From: Idiomarina loihiensis L2TR
GTDB lineage: Bacteria > Pseudomonadota > Gammaproteobacteria > Enterobacterales > Alteromonadaceae
DNA length: 32,000 nucleotides
Assembly (NCBI RefSeq): GCF_000008465.1
Contig: NC_006512.1
Location: 1,950,001 to 1,982,000, forward strand
Direction of reading: 5' to 3'
Shown here: piece after piece, positions 16,568 through 27,144 of the stretch
Layout: every line of letters starts with the position of its first letter
How positions within the stretch are numbered: the stretch's first letter is position 1
Made by a program: the position numbers and the translations under genes
The notes under the pieces: generated by a model
Databases searched by the model: none
What the model saw: only the letters and a program-made list of their open reading frames with translations
What the model was told of the DNA's origin: nothing

Positions 16568-16581
16568 TTGACTATACAACC
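16568..16581 (+). repeat. copy 2 of exact 14-nt direct repeat TTGACTATACAACC
   Basis: Identical to 16331-16344. It lies in the loop of the proposed antiterminator hairpin. Confidence 0.9.
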
Positions 16582-16612
16582 CCCGAAAGGCATATACCTT
16601 CGGGGGTTTTTC
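16580..16612 (+). terminator. his attenuator rho-independent terminator
   Basis: CCCCCGAAAGG-catata-CCTTCGGGGG followed by TTTTTCATTTT. It lies 16 nt before the hisG ATG. Confidence 0.85.
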
Positions 16613-16627
16613 ATTTTAGGAGCTGTT

Positions 16628-17521
16628 ATGACTGACCGTTTAACCATTGCGATACAGAAATCAGGACGACTGAGTAAAGAATCTATGGCATTGCTGAATG
16701 CCTGCGGTGTGAAATTTAGTGTTAACGAAGCACGCTTAATTGCGCACAGCACCAGTCACCCTATCGATTTGCTGCGCGTACGTGATGACGACATTCCGGG
16801 TCTGGTTATGGACGGCGTGGTTGATTTAGGTCTGGTTGGCGAAAACGTGCTGGAAGAAGCCCGGTTAGAGCGCATTGCAACGGATTCTGTCGCGGCCTAT
16901 CAGCCATTACGTGGACTTGAGTTTGGTCAGTGCCGCTTGTCGCTGGCGGTGCCAAGAGAAAGCCAGTATCAGTCGTTGAAAGATCTAGACGGTTTACGCG
17001 TTGCTACTACCTACCCTCAACTATTAAAGCGTTACCTGAAAGACAACGGCGTGAATGCGCGTACGGTTATGCTGACCGGTTCTGTGGAAGTAGCTCCCCG
17101 TGCCGGCCTTGCCGAAGCGATATGTGACTTAGTTTCCACCGGTGCTACGCTGGAAGCAAACGGGTTAGTCGAAAAAGACGTGATATTCCGTTCTCAGGCG
17201 CAGCTAATACAACGCGCTGACAGCCTGTCGGAAGAAAAACAGGCGATGATAGACCAGTTGCTGCCACGCATAGACGGCGTGCAAATGGCACGGGAAAGCA
17301 AATACATTATGCTGCACGCGCCAAAGAACAAATTAGAGCAAGTAGTCGAGTTGTTACCCGGCGCAGAAACACCAACCATTTTGCCGCTTAGCCACACCGA
17401 CGAGCAGGTTGCCGTGCACATGGTCAGCACCGAGAAGCTATTCTGGGAAACCATGGAAGATCTTAAATCTATGGGCTGCAGTTCGATACTTGTACTACCT
17501 ATTGAAAAAATGATGGGGTGA
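16628..17521 (+). CDS. hisG: ATP phosphoribosyltransferase (long form)
   Basis: Start at the ATG at 16628 with an AGGAG SD ([15 protein letters not shown]). Length is ~297 aa. The tracked TTG start at 16568 would run through the attenuator terminator. Confidence 0.95.
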   Translation: MTDRLTIAIQKSGRLSKESMALLNACGVKFSVNEARLIAHSTSHPIDLLRVRDDDIPGLVMDGVVDLGLVGENVLEEARLERIATDSVAAYQPLRGLEFGQCRLSLAVPRESQYQSLKDLDGLRVATTYPQLLKRYLKDNGVNARTVMLTGSVEVAPRAGLAEAICDLVSTGATLEANGLVEKDVIFRSQAQLIQRADSLSEEKQAMIDQLLPRIDGVQMARESKYIMLHAPKNKLEQVVELLPGAETPTILPLSHTDEQVAVHMVSTEKLFWETMEDLKSMGCSSILVLPIEKMMG

Positions 17522-17523
17522 TC

Positions 17524-18852
17524 ATGAGTGAATTACGGATACCCATTGAGCAATGGCAAAGCCTGTCGTCAGCGGAGCAAACTCAACGCTTAGCGCGCCC
17601 CGGACGGGCTCAGGCAGAATCACTGCGAGAGAAGGTTGCAGTTATTCTGAGTGACGTTCGTGATAACGGTGAGCGCGCGGTACTGAACTATACCCGCCAG
17701 TTCGATAACCCGGATGCGACCTCATTGCGAATGAGCGATGAACAGGTGGAAGCAGCCGTTGCTAGTTTAGATGACAAAGTAAAACGCGCCATAGACACTG
17801 CGTACCAAACCATTTATCGCTTTCACGAAGCGCAACGTCCGCAGGACTTAAGCATTGAAACCGCGCCAGGCGTGCAATGTGAACTGCGTTATGCGCCGTT
17901 AGACGCCGTCGGTTTATACATTCCCGGGGGCAGCGCAACCTTGCCCTCTACCGCATTAATGCTGGGTGTACCCGCGCAAATTGCCGGGTGCCAGCGTGTG
18001 GTTATGGTCAGCCCGCCTAATAAACAGGGCGAATTACCAGCCGCCCTGCTCTACGCTGCTAAGCGTTGCGGCGTAACCGATATTCTCCTGTGTGGCGGCG
18101 CTCAGGCTATTGGTGCGCTGGCGTACGGTATAGAGTCATCGCCTGCTGTAGGTAAAGTCTTTGGCCCGGGTAACAGCTTTGTTACCGAAGCCAAGCAACA
18201 GGTTAGCCAGAATGACAGCGGTTGTGCCATGGATTTACCGGCAGGCCCCTCAGAGCTGTTGGTGATTGCTGATGACAGTGCAAACCCGGCCTATGTGGCG
18301 GCGGATTTACTGTCACAAGCCGAGCACGGACCGGATTCTCAGGTTATTTTGCTTACGCCCTCAATGACGGTCGCCGAAAATGTACGGCAGGAACTGATGG
18401 CACAATGCGCTCAGCTAAGTCGCGCCGATATTGCCGAGCAGGCCTTACAGGCCAGTCGTCTGCTGGTAGTTGCCGATATGAATGAAGCCATAGCCATTAG
18501 CGAAACCTATGCGCCCGAACACCTTTCTATTCAGACGGATAACGCGCGTGATCTACTGCCACAGTTGACCCGTGCAGGCTCTGTCTTTGTCGGACACTAC
18601 ACACCAGAGTCCGGCGGTGATTATGCCACCGGTACCAACCACGTGCTGCCAACCTATGGCTATGCCCGCAATTACAGCAGCCTTGGGCTGGTCGACTTCT
18701 ACCGTCGTTATACGGTCCAGGAAGCCAGTCACGACGGACTACGCCAGTTAGCAGAAGCCATTACTACTTTGGCTGACGTTGAAGGTTTAGATGCGCACAA
18801 ACGTGCCGTGACTATTCGTACGGAGACTAAAAGTACGGAGAGCAAACTATGA
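17524..18852 (+). CDS. hisD: histidinol dehydrogenase
   Basis: ~442 aa from the ATG at 17524; the tracked GTG at 17518 overlaps the hisG stop. It has the motifs SQAEHGPDSQ and GDYATGTNHVLPT. Confidence 0.95.
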   Translation: MSELRIPIEQWQSLSSAEQTQRLARPGRAQAESLREKVAVILSDVRDNGERAVLNYTRQFDNPDATSLRMSDEQVEAAVASLDDKVKRAIDTAYQTIYRFHEAQRPQDLSIETAPGVQCELRYAPLDAVGLYIPGGSATLPSTALMLGVPAQIAGCQRVVMVSPPNKQGELPAALLYAAKRCGVTDILLCGGAQAIGALAYGIESSPAVGKVFGPGNSFVTEAKQQVSQNDSGCAMDLPAGPSELLVIADDSANPAYVAADLLSQAEHGPDSQVILLTPSMTVAENVRQELMAQCAQLSRADIAEQALQASRLLVVADMNEAIAISETYAPEHLSIQTDNARDLLPQLTRAGSVFVGHYTPESGGDYATGTNHVLPTYGYARNYSSLGLVDFYRRYTVQEASHDGLRQLAEAITTLADVEGLDAHKRAVTIRTETKSTESKL

Positions 18853-19922
18853 GCATTGTTGAGCAGTTACAGCGCCAGCACCTGAAACAGCTAACGCCAT
18901 ACGCCTCTGCACGACGTAGCATGAGTGGCGGCAATATCTGGCTGAACGCTAACGAGTCTCCGTACAGTAACTCGTACACTGTTGATGACAGCAAACTTAA
19001 CCGTTACCCGGAGTTTCAGTCTAAGCCGCTGAACCAGGCCTACGCTGAGTACGCCGGAATTAACGCCTCGAAGGTATTAAGCAGCCGCGGTTCAGACGAA
19101 GGTATCGAGTTACTGATACGAGCTTTTTGTGAACCCGGTCAGGACAAAGTACTGATTTGCCCACCGACTTACGGTATGTACGCTATTTCGGCTAAAACCT
19201 TTGCGGTTGGTGTTACTGAGGTTCCCTTACTAAATAGCGGAGAGGTGAACAACTGGCAGTTGGATACGGAGTCGATTATAGAAGCTGCTGCTGAGTGCAA
19301 AGTCATCTTTCTCTGCTCGCCTTCAAACCCGCTGGGCAATGCACTAAATACCGATGATATTGAACAAGTGCTGCAACACTCGCCACGTTCTATTGTGGTA
19401 GTTGATGAAGCCTATATTGAGTTCAGCTCTGGTGACAGCGTTGTCAGTTGGCTGGAACGTTATCCGAACTTGGTGGTGTTACGTACCTTATCGAAGGCCT
19501 TTGCTCTGGCCGGCATTCGCTGCGGTTTTTTGCTGGCGAATGACGACATTATTGAGTTACTGCAGAAAGTTCTGGCACCTTACCCTTTGCCAGACCCGAC
19601 AGTGCAAATTGCGGTTCAGGCTTTGCAGACAAGCTCGCTTGAACGGCTGCAGCAACAGGTAGCAACCTTATTAGCCGAGCGCGACCGTGTGCAAACAGCC
19701 TTAGAGCAAACACCACTGACCCTGGTATCGGAAAGTGACACGAACTTTTTACTCTATCAGTGTGAAGATGCCGCTGGTTTAGTGAAATCACTTACCGATA
19801 ACGACCTATTAATACGTAATCAGTCGGCGCAGCGGGGGCTGGAAAACGTTGTTCGCATAACCATTGGCAGCGCCGCCGAAAATGACGAACTGATTCAACA
19901 GTTGAAGGACTATTTTTCATGA
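18849..19922 (+). CDS. hisC: histidinol-phosphate aminotransferase
   Basis: 357 aa with the PLP-lysine region ([16 protein letters not shown]). Its start overlaps the hisD stop in ATGA. Confidence 0.95.
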   Translation: MSIVEQLQRQHLKQLTPYASARRSMSGGNIWLNANESPYSNSYTVDDSKLNRYPEFQSKPLNQAYAEYAGINASKVLSSRGSDEGIELLIRAFCEPGQDKVLICPPTYGMYAISAKTFAVGVTEVPLLNSGEVNNWQLDTESIIEAAAECKVIFLCSPSNPLGNALNTDDIEQVLQHSPRSIVVVDEAYIEFSSGDSVVSWLERYPNLVVLRTLSKAFALAGIRCGFLLANDDIIELLQKVLAPYPLPDPTVQIAVQALQTSSLERLQQQVATLLAERDRVQTALEQTPLTLVSESDTNFLLYQCEDAAGLVKSLTDNDLLIRNQSAQRGLENVVRITIGSAAENDELIQQLKDYFS

Positions 19923-20995
19923 GCCAGAAGCCTATTTTATTTATTGACCGTGACGGGACTCTGGTTGAAGAGCCAGTCACTGACAAGCAGTTGGACAGCC
20001 TTGAAAAGCTGGTGTTTGAACCGAACGTCGTGCCGGCTTTGCTGAAACTGCAACAGGCGGGTTATCAGCTGGTGATGGTGTCCAACCAGGACGGCCTGGG
20101 TACGGATAGCTTTCCTCAGGCCGATTTTGATGCCCCCCACAACTTAATGATGGCGGTGTTTGAGTCGCAAGGCATTCGGTTTGAAGACGTTTTGATTTGC
20201 CCTCACTTTGACAGTGATAACTGCAGCTGCCGTAAGCCTGCGCTTGGGCTGGTAAAGTCGTATCTGAAAGAAGGCCGTGTGGACTTTACCAACTCCTACG
20301 TTATTGGCGACCGTGAAACCGACCTGCAACTGGCTGAAAACATGGGCATTGAAGGCCTGCGTTACAGTCGTAGCGAACTCAACTGGGATGCCATTGTTCA
20401 CCAACTACTGGACAACCCACGCACCGCTTCGGTTACCCGCACCACACGGGAAACGGATATTAACATTAAGGTTGATTTAGACAGTCAGACACCGCGCGAA
20501 TTTAATACCGGCATTGGCTTCTTTGACCACATGCTTGAGCAGATAGCCACACACGCCGGTTTCTCGCTTTCGGTTAAGGTTAAGGGTGATTTGCACATTG
20601 ACGATCACCACACCATTGAAGACACCGCTCTGGCGCTGGGTCAGGCATTGCGCTCAGCGCTTGGCGACAAGCGCGGCATTGGTCGCTTTGGTTTTGCTCT
20701 GCCTATGGATGAATGCCGGGCGGAATGTCTGATCGATTTATCCGGACGCCCCTATTTGAAATGGGAAGCAGATTTCACCCGCGACAAAGTCGGCGAGTTA
20801 TCCACCGAAATGGTCGAGCACTTCTTCCGCTCGTTAACCGACGCCATGGCAATGAGCTTGCACTTATCGACCACCGAGGGTAATACCCACCACCAGGTCG
20901 AAAGCCTGTTTAAGGTATTTGGCCGGGCACTGCGTCAGGCCATTACCAAAACCGGAGACCAACAGTTGCCTTCAAGTAAGGGGATGCTGGCATGA
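19919..20995 (+). CDS. hisB: bifunctional histidinol-phosphatase / imidazoleglycerol-phosphate dehydratase
   Basis: 358 aa with the HAD motif FIDRDGTL at the N-terminus and IGPD motifs (DDHHTIED, GxNxHH) in the C-terminal half. Start overlaps the hisC stop in ATGA. Confidence 0.95.
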   Translation: MSQKPILFIDRDGTLVEEPVTDKQLDSLEKLVFEPNVVPALLKLQQAGYQLVMVSNQDGLGTDSFPQADFDAPHNLMMAVFESQGIRFEDVLICPHFDSDNCSCRKPALGLVKSYLKEGRVDFTNSYVIGDRETDLQLAENMGIEGLRYSRSELNWDAIVHQLLDNPRTASVTRTTRETDINIKVDLDSQTPREFNTGIGFFDHMLEQIATHAGFSLSVKVKGDLHIDDHHTIEDTALALGQALRSALGDKRGIGRFGFALPMDECRAECLIDLSGRPYLKWEADFTRDKVGELSTEMVEHFFRSLTDAMAMSLHLSTTEGNTHHQVESLFKVFGRALRQAITKTGDQQLPSSKGMLA

Positions 20996-21582
20996 ATGTG
21001 GTGATTGTCGATACCGAGTGTGCCAACCTGACATCTGTCCGCTTTGCGGTTGAACGTTTGGGCTACTCAGTGCTTATTACCGATGATGCAGAACAAATAC
21101 GCGCCGCTGACCGTGTCATTTTGCCTGGCGTAGGTACCGCTGCCGCAGCTATGCGTAACTTACAGCGCAAGCAACTCGTGGAGCCGCTACGGGAGTTAAC
21201 CCAGCCGGTGCTGGGTATTTGCCTGGGCATGCAGTTACTGACCTCACACTCAGAAGAAGGTGACGTTGACTGCCTGAATTTAATTCCGGCAAAAACCAAA
21301 CGCCTGCGCGATTCTGGTCTGCCTTTGCCGCATATGGGCTGGAATACCCTGCAGCCGACCGCAGATAACCCGTTAGTCGACACGAGCGACAGCTACTGCT
21401 ATTTCGTGCACAGTTTTGCTGTAGCAGTTGATGAGTACACTATAGCCAGCAGCGAGTATGGTGAGCGTTTTGCCTCAATGATACGTCACAACAACTATTT
21501 TGGTGCGCAGTTTCACCCTGAGCGTTCAGGTAAGACTGGCGAAGCTCTGCTGAAACGTTTTCTGGAGTTAACATTATGCTGA
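20992..21582 (+). CDS. hisH: imidazole glycerol phosphate synthase, glutamine amidotransferase subunit
   Basis: 196 aa with the class I GATase catalytic triad context (GICLGMQ, FHPE). Confidence 0.95.
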   Translation: MNVVIVDTECANLTSVRFAVERLGYSVLITDDAEQIRAADRVILPGVGTAAAAMRNLQRKQLVEPLRELTQPVLGICLGMQLLTSHSEEGDVDCLNLIPAKTKRLRDSGLPLPHMGWNTLQPTADNPLVDTSDSYCYFVHSFAVAVDEYTIASSEYGERFASMIRHNNYFGAQFHPERSGKTGEALLKRFLELTLC

Positions 21583-22313
21583 TACCTGCCCTGGATTTAA
21601 TTGACGGCAAAGTGGTACGCCTATATCAGGGCGACTTCGCGCAAAAAACCGAGTTTGATTTAACCCCGCTGGGTCAGGCCCAACTCTATGCTCAGGCCGG
21701 TGCCGAATGGCTGCATTTGGTTGATTTAGACGGCGCTAAAGACCCGGACAAGCGCCAGCAGAAACTGCTGGCTAAACTAGCCTCAGATTCAGGTATGAAG
21801 TGTCAGGCTGGCGGCGGAATTCGTACAACCGAGGATTTGGAAGCCTTGTTTGACGCCGGTATTGAACGTGCCGTAATTGGTTCCACCGCGGTTAACCAGC
21901 CAGATACCGTAAAACAATGGTTCCAGGCCTATGGCGGCGAAAAAATTGTACTGGCGCTGGATGTGAATATTGATCAGAGTGGCAATGCCATGGTCGCTAC
22001 CCACGGCTGGCAACAGGCCAGCACGCATACACTGGATGACATTCTCAACCGCTACCTGGATTTAGGCTGCCGTCATGTACTCTGCACCGATATCAGTAAA
22101 GACGGCACCATGACAGGCACCAATGTTGAGCTTTATAAACGCTATAAGCAGCTTTATCCGCAGGTCGTCTGGCAAGCGTCCGGCGGCGTCAGTTGCTTAG
22201 ACGATCTTAAAGATTTGAAAGCCGTAAACTGTGACTCGGTTATATTGGGTAAGTCGTTACTTACCGGCGCTTTCACTATGCAGGAGGCATTAGCATGTTG
22301 GCAAAACGCGTAA
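21576..22313 (+). CDS. hisA: ProFAR isomerase (1-(5-phosphoribosyl)-5-[(5-phosphoribosylamino)methylideneamino]imidazole-4-carboxamide isomerase)
   Basis: 245 aa. It starts [16 protein letters not shown] and has GGGIR and ASGGV motifs. Confidence 0.95.
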   Translation: MLIPALDLIDGKVVRLYQGDFAQKTEFDLTPLGQAQLYAQAGAEWLHLVDLDGAKDPDKRQQKLLAKLASDSGMKCQAGGGIRTTEDLEALFDAGIERAVIGSTAVNQPDTVKQWFQAYGGEKIVLALDVNIDQSGNAMVATHGWQQASTHTLDDILNRYLDLGCRHVLCTDISKDGTMTGTNVELYKRYKQLYPQVVWQASGGVSCLDDLKDLKAVNCDSVILGKSLLTGAFTMQEALACWQNA

Positions 22314-23092
22314 TCCCATGCCTGGACGTTCGCGACGGACAGGTAGTTAAAGGGGTGAAGTTCCGTAACCATGAAATTATTGGTGATATTTTGCCGCTGG
22401 CAAAGCGTTACGCAGAAAGCGGCGCTGACGAGTTGGTATTTTACGATATTACCGCATCTGCAGACGGCCGTACGGTAGATAAGTCCTGGGTTGAGCGGGT
22501 TGCTCGTGAAATCAACATTCCCTTTACCGTTGCTGGCGGTATTCGTTCGGTTGAGCACGCACAAACCATGCTATCTATGGGCGCGGACAAAATCTCCATT
22601 AACTCGCCTGCCCTGCTTAACCCAAATTTAATTAATACCCTGGTTGAGGAATTTGGTCAGCAGTGCATTGTTATTGGCATAGACAGCTTTTATAACGAAC
22701 AGTCCGGTGAATACGAAGTGCACCAGTTTACCGGTGACGAAAGCAAGTCGCACAAATCGGCATGGCAGACCAAAGACTGGCTGCAGGAAGTCATTTCCCG
22801 TGGCGCCGGTGAAATTGTGTTGAACTGCATGAATCAGGACGGCGTGCGTCAAGGTTACGATATTGCACAGCTGTCGGCATTGCGCGGGCATTGCTCGGTG
22901 CCTTTAATTGCCTCAGGCGGAGCCGGCGAGATTCAGCACTTTGTTGATGCCTTTCAAAAGGCGCAGGTAGATGGTGCACTTGCGGCTTCGGTGTTTCACA
23001 AGAACCTATTCAGTATCAGCGAAGTGAAAGCCGCAATGGCAGCCAATAATATTGCGGTTCGCCCCATTGAAGCGCTTCAGGAGACGACATGA
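22295..23092 (+). CDS. hisF: imidazole glycerol phosphate synthase, cyclase subunit
   Basis: 265 aa. It starts [20 protein letters not shown] and has AGGIRS and ASGGAG motifs. Confidence 0.95.
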   Translation: MLAKRVIPCLDVRDGQVVKGVKFRNHEIIGDILPLAKRYAESGADELVFYDITASADGRTVDKSWVERVAREINIPFTVAGGIRSVEHAQTMLSMGADKISINSPALLNPNLINTLVEEFGQQCIVIGIDSFYNEQSGEYEVHQFTGDESKSHKSAWQTKDWLQEVISRGAGEIVLNCMNQDGVRQGYDIAQLSALRGHCSVPLIASGGAGEIQHFVDAFQKAQVDGALAASVFHKNLFSISEVKAAMAANNIAVRPIEALQETT

Positions 23093-23697
23093 AAATTGAT
23101 TTGAATAACATCGACGAGTTGGCCTGGGAGAAAATGTCAGGTTTACTGCCCTGCACAGTACAACACTCTCTAACCGGTGAAGTGTTAATGCAGGCCTATA
23201 TGAGTACAGAAGCCATTAAGGAAAGCTTAGCAAGCGGTAAAACCACTTTTTACAGCCGCAGTAAAGAACGTTTATGGACTAAAGGCGAAAGCTCAAACAA
23301 CTACCTCCGGCTTGAGGGCATCTATTCGGACTGTGATTATGACGCATTACTGGTTCAGGCTATACCCGATGGCCCTACCTGCCATTTAGGTAACCGCAGT
23401 TGTTTTGCCGAGGCACCTAAACCCTTGCTGCATGAGCTTGACTCGCTCATTGCCAGCCGTAAAGGCGCAGATACCAACGAAAGTTACACTGCCAGCCTAT
23501 TTTCTAAGGGATTAAAACGTGTGGCTCAAAAAGTTGGGGAAGAAGGCGTGGAAGTCGCTCTGGCAGCGGCAACTGCCGATAAAGACGAGCTGGCTAATGA
23601 AAGCGCCGACTTACTCTACCACTTGCTGGTTGCGCTACGGGCCAATGAGCTTAGTTTGGACGATGTGCTGGAGGTATTAGCGAAGCGCCGCGGTTAA
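23089..23697 (+). CDS. hisI: bifunctional phosphoribosyl-AMP cyclohydrolase / phosphoribosyl-ATP pyrophosphatase
   Basis: 202 aa. The cyclohydrolase Cys cluster (DCDYDALL...GPTCH...SCF) is followed by a PRA-PH helical region ([10 protein letters not shown]...[11 protein letters not shown]). Confidence 0.95.
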   Translation: MKIDLNNIDELAWEKMSGLLPCTVQHSLTGEVLMQAYMSTEAIKESLASGKTTFYSRSKERLWTKGESSNNYLRLEGIYSDCDYDALLVQAIPDGPTCHLGNRSCFAEAPKPLLHELDSLIASRKGADTNESYTASLFSKGLKRVAQKVGEEGVEVALAAATADKDELANESADLLYHLLVALRANELSLDDVLEVLAKRRG

Positions 23698-25082
23698 GCG
23701 GCGCTGTTTAACTGCTCACGAAAATGCTTACGCTCGTATCGGCGGGATACGCGGCGTAGGCGCAATGACAAGAGTACCGCTGCGACACTTAGGCCACTAA
23801 TAAAGCCAATCCAGAAGCCTGCCGCGCCCATGGCTGGCACAACCCAGTCGGTCAGCCCCAGAATATAACCAACGGTTAAGCCAAACGGCCAGTACGAAAT
23901 AAAGGCCAATATCATTGGGTATTTAGTGTCTTTGTAGCCACGCAGAGTGCCAATGGAAATGGCCTGGAAGGTGTCCGACACAGTGAAAATAGCCGCCAGC
24001 CCCATCAGCGTTGCTGCCAGATTAATAATATCCTTATCAGGAGTGTAAAGGCTGGCTAACCAACCACCACCCAGATACATAATTAAACCGTTAACGCCCG
24101 CAAACACGCCACCAAACAGCATCGCGAGTTTAAAGCTCAACATGGCGTTTTTCGGATTACCCGCACCCAGCGCAAAGCCAACCCGTAAAGTCACCGCCAT
24201 AGAGATACTCAGCGGCACCATATACACTAACGAACTTATGTTCAGTGCAATTTGATGAGCAGAAACCACAGTCGGCCCCAGCGGCGCAATTAATAACGCC
24301 ACAGCAGCAAACAGACTGACCTCGAAAAAGAGCGACATGGAAATAGGGAAACCGATACGGATAACGTAGGTAACGTCGTCCCAGTTAGGTCGATACCAGC
24401 GCCGGAGCAGACGTAACCGCTTGTAACGTTTGGCGGTAAAGGTATAAACAACCATTGAAAGCGCCATACCCCACAAAACAATGGCTGTCGCCAGCCCACA
24501 GCCAGCGCCACCCAGTTCCGGCATACCAAACTTGCCGTAAACAAAAATGTAGTTTGCCGGAATATTTATCAATAGCCCGATAAAACCAATGATCAGCGAC
24601 GGCATGGTGTTCGACAAGCCCTCACAAAAGTTTCTCAGTACCGCGTAAATAACAAAGCCCGGTATGCCCCAGGAGATGTAAAACAAATAGTCCAGCGTAA
24701 TGGCGCGAAAGTCGTCTTCAACTTCCATGATGTCCAGCAACCAGGGCGCCGAGGACATTCCAATTAGAGTAATCACCCCGACAATGGCGCAGGCGTATAA
24801 GCCCTGTTGCAGTATATTGGCGATACGTCGGTGCGAATTTGAACCGTCCAGATGAGAGATAATGGGCGCTAATGCCAGCGCCAGACCAAACACCAATAAA
24901 GTTGCTGGTACAAAAATACTGCCGCCGACCGACACAGCGGCTAGGTCAAGTGCCCCTTTGCGCCCAGCCATAACCGTATCCACGACACTCATTAACATTT
25001 GAGTTAACTGAGCCACAAGAATAGGACCGGTCAGTTTAGCCAGCTTATTAAATTCGCCTTTATTATTCGTCCACCAGTTCAC
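23694..25082 (-). CDS. norM: MATE family multidrug efflux transporter (NorM/MdtK-like)
   Basis: 462 aa with about 12 hydrophobic segments. Collinear matches to E. coli MdtK as I recall it include VDTVMAG, FGMPELGGAGCGLATA and RGYKDT. Confidence 0.85.
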   Translation of the reverse strand: MNWWTNNKGEFNKLAKLTGPILVAQLTQMLMSVVDTVMAGRKGALDLAAVSVGGSIFVPATLLVFGLALALAPIISHLDGSNSHRRIANILQQGLYACAIVGVITLIGMSSAPWLLDIMEVEDDFRAITLDYLFYISWGIPGFVIYAVLRNFCEGLSNTMPSLIIGFIGLLINIPANYIFVYGKFGMPELGGAGCGLATAIVLWGMALSMVVYTFTAKRYKRLRLLRRWYRPNWDDVTYVIRIGFPISMSLFFEVSLFAAVALLIAPLGPTVVSAHQIALNISSLVYMVPLSISMAVTLRVGFALGAGNPKNAMLSFKLAMLFGGVFAGVNGLIMYLGGGWLASLYTPDKDIINLAATLMGLAAIFTVSDTFQAISIGTLRGYKDTKYPMILAFISYWPFGLTVGYILGLTDWVVPAMGAAGFWIGFISGLSVAAVLLSLRLRRVSRRYERKHFREQLNSAA

Positions 25083-25098
25083 GCGCGTTTTCTCTGGG

Positions 25099-25887
25099 TT
25101 AGGATTGCTTACGCAAAAATTGCAGGATACGCTGATTCACATCAGCCGGATGAGTCAAAGGCCCCATATGCCCTGCTCCAACGGAGTCTCGTTGAACATC
25201 AGGAAGTATCGTCGATAAAGCCTCTGCGACAGCTTTTGCACTGCGACGAGTGTGTTCGCCCTGCAGCAGCAGAACGCTTTGCCCTACCCCGCGGTAGTCT
25301 TCCAGGCGTCGGGGTTCGTTAAGCAAGGCATCGAAGTCCAGAGCCACTTTAGCAGCCTGGCTGACCATAATTTGCTGAATGCGTTCAGGCAAAGCATCAA
25401 AATATCCGGCGTCATTCCAGTAATCGACAAAGGTGCGTGTGCATTCTATTGCGTCTTTACCGTGCATAGCGTGACTGATCTCCTGTATTTCAAGCATTCC
25501 CGGAGAATCATCCGGTAATACGTGAAAGGCAACAGGTTCGTAGACAACCACATCGGAAATTTTAAATGGCTTTTCCAGCGCCAGTTTTAATGCAACAGCG
25601 CCGCCGTAGGAGTGACCAACCAGTTGCACAGGCCTGGATAACGCAAGTTGCTCAACCGCGCTAATAATACGGGGCAGTTCCTGCTCCAGTCGAAAGTTTG
25701 CCGTAAACTCAACGTTAGGCGCCTGCCCATACCCCAGCAAATCAACCGCAATAACAAAGTGAGTGCTGGTTAACTCTTTTATTAACGCCCGCCACTGGCT
25801 ACTGGCGCTCTGCGAGCTGTGCAACAAAACAACCGGTGGGTTTTGTTGTTCGCCGTACAGATGAATACCTGATTCTAATTCAGACAT
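25099..25887 (-). CDS. alpha/beta fold hydrolase
   Basis: 262 aa with the nucleophile elbow GHSYGG, VVLLHSS oxyanion region and C-terminal GAGHMGPLTHP. Confidence 0.75.
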   Translation of the reverse strand: MSELESGIHLYGEQQNPPVVLLHSSQSASSQWRALIKELTSTHFVIAVDLLGYGQAPNVEFTANFRLEQELPRIISAVEQLALSRPVQLVGHSYGGAVALKLALEKPFKISDVVVYEPVAFHVLPDDSPGMLEIQEISHAMHGKDAIECTRTFVDYWNDAGYFDALPERIQQIMVSQAAKVALDFDALLNEPRRLEDYRGVGQSVLLLQGEHTRRSAKAVAEALSTILPDVQRDSVGAGHMGPLTHPADVNQRILQFLRKQS

Positions 25888-25896
25888 AGCTTCACT

Positions 25897-26304
25897 TTAT
25901 AATAAACTGACACCAACAAACTGACCGATACCAAAGCCAGCAGCTAACAATAAAACGGCAAAAGTCGTTAATACCCCAATGGTGCGGGGCAAACTCACGC
26001 CGACACTGCGGGTTAACCCTATAGCGTGACATAAGCGAGCAACGACTAACGCAATACCCAACCCATGGAGCAGAGCAATCGGAGCGTGTTGTACTTCCAT
26101 CATAGCAAACAGAATAAGCGCCAGAGGCACATACTCAATAAAGTTACCGTGGATACGCACTGCAACATTGAGCTCTTCCGCTTCACCGGTGCCCAAACCT
26201 ACCCGGTGTTTCCAGCGCAAACGGATAATGTTCACAGCCAAAACAAGATAAATAAGCGTTAAAATGCCCGCATAAAAGCCGGTTATTGTTAGTTGAGATG
26301 TCAT
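25897..26304 (-). CDS. MAPEG family inner membrane protein (YecN-like)
   Basis: 135 aa with 3-4 TM segments. IRLRWKHRVGLG...AVRIHGNFIEYVPLALILFAMMEV parallels E. coli YecN as I recall it. Confidence 0.75.
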   Translation of the reverse strand: MTSQLTITGFYAGILTLIYLVLAVNIIRLRWKHRVGLGTGEAEELNVAVRIHGNFIEYVPLALILFAMMEVQHAPIALLHGLGIALVVARLCHAIGLTRSVGVSLPRTIGVLTTFAVLLLAAGFGIGQFVGVSLL

Positions 26305-26343
26305 TGGAATGCCTCTTGTTATTCGTTGGGGCCTGGCTTCATT

Positions 26344-26370
26344 AAAAAAGGCTCACCATGTGAGCCTTTT
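26344..26370 (-). terminator. rho-independent terminator downstream of adk (bidirectional architecture)
   Basis: AAAAAA-GGCTCAC-cat-GTGAGCC-TTTT gives a 7-bp GC-rich stem. On the minus strand the stem is followed by six T. It starts ~10 nt after the adk stop. Confidence 0.8.
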
Positions 26371-26379
26371 AGTAAAAAA

Positions 26380-27084
<705 letters not shown>

Positions 27085-27144
27085 CTATTACAAGCGCAGA
27101 AAGCCGCTGCAGGCAATGACTTACCCACAGCGGTTGATACGAAA

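Larger units (their letters stand above)
16514..16612 (+). promoter_or_regulatory. his attenuator (alternative hairpins plus terminator)
   Basis: Three self-complementary GCTAGCC-type segments (16514-16522, 16538-16546, 16555-16561) can pair 1:2 or 2:3. CCTTTCG (16560-16566) can pair with CGAAAGG (16584-16590) as an antiterminator, competing with the terminator stem. Confidence 0.75.

Noticed and set aside
16568-16627. TTG-initiated extension of hisG ([20 protein letters not shown]...).
   Set aside because: It runs through the attenuator terminator hairpin and U-tract. The ATG at 16628 has an AGGAG SD and the conserved HisG N-terminus.
16468-16752. 94-aa minus-strand ORF covering the his leader, attenuator and hisG start.
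   Set aside because: It is antisense to well-supported regulatory and coding features. It has no SD or homology, so it is a shadow ORF.
22154-22564. 136-aa minus-strand ORF across the hisA/hisF junction.
   Set aside because: It is antisense to two highly conserved his genes, with no start context or homology.
27104-27133. Hairpin CCGCTG-N18-CAGCGG between htpG and adk as the htpG terminator.
   Set aside because: The stem is short, the loop is large, and only CTTTCT follows on the minus strand. It is too weak to annotate. adk may be partly co-transcribed or use its own promoter.
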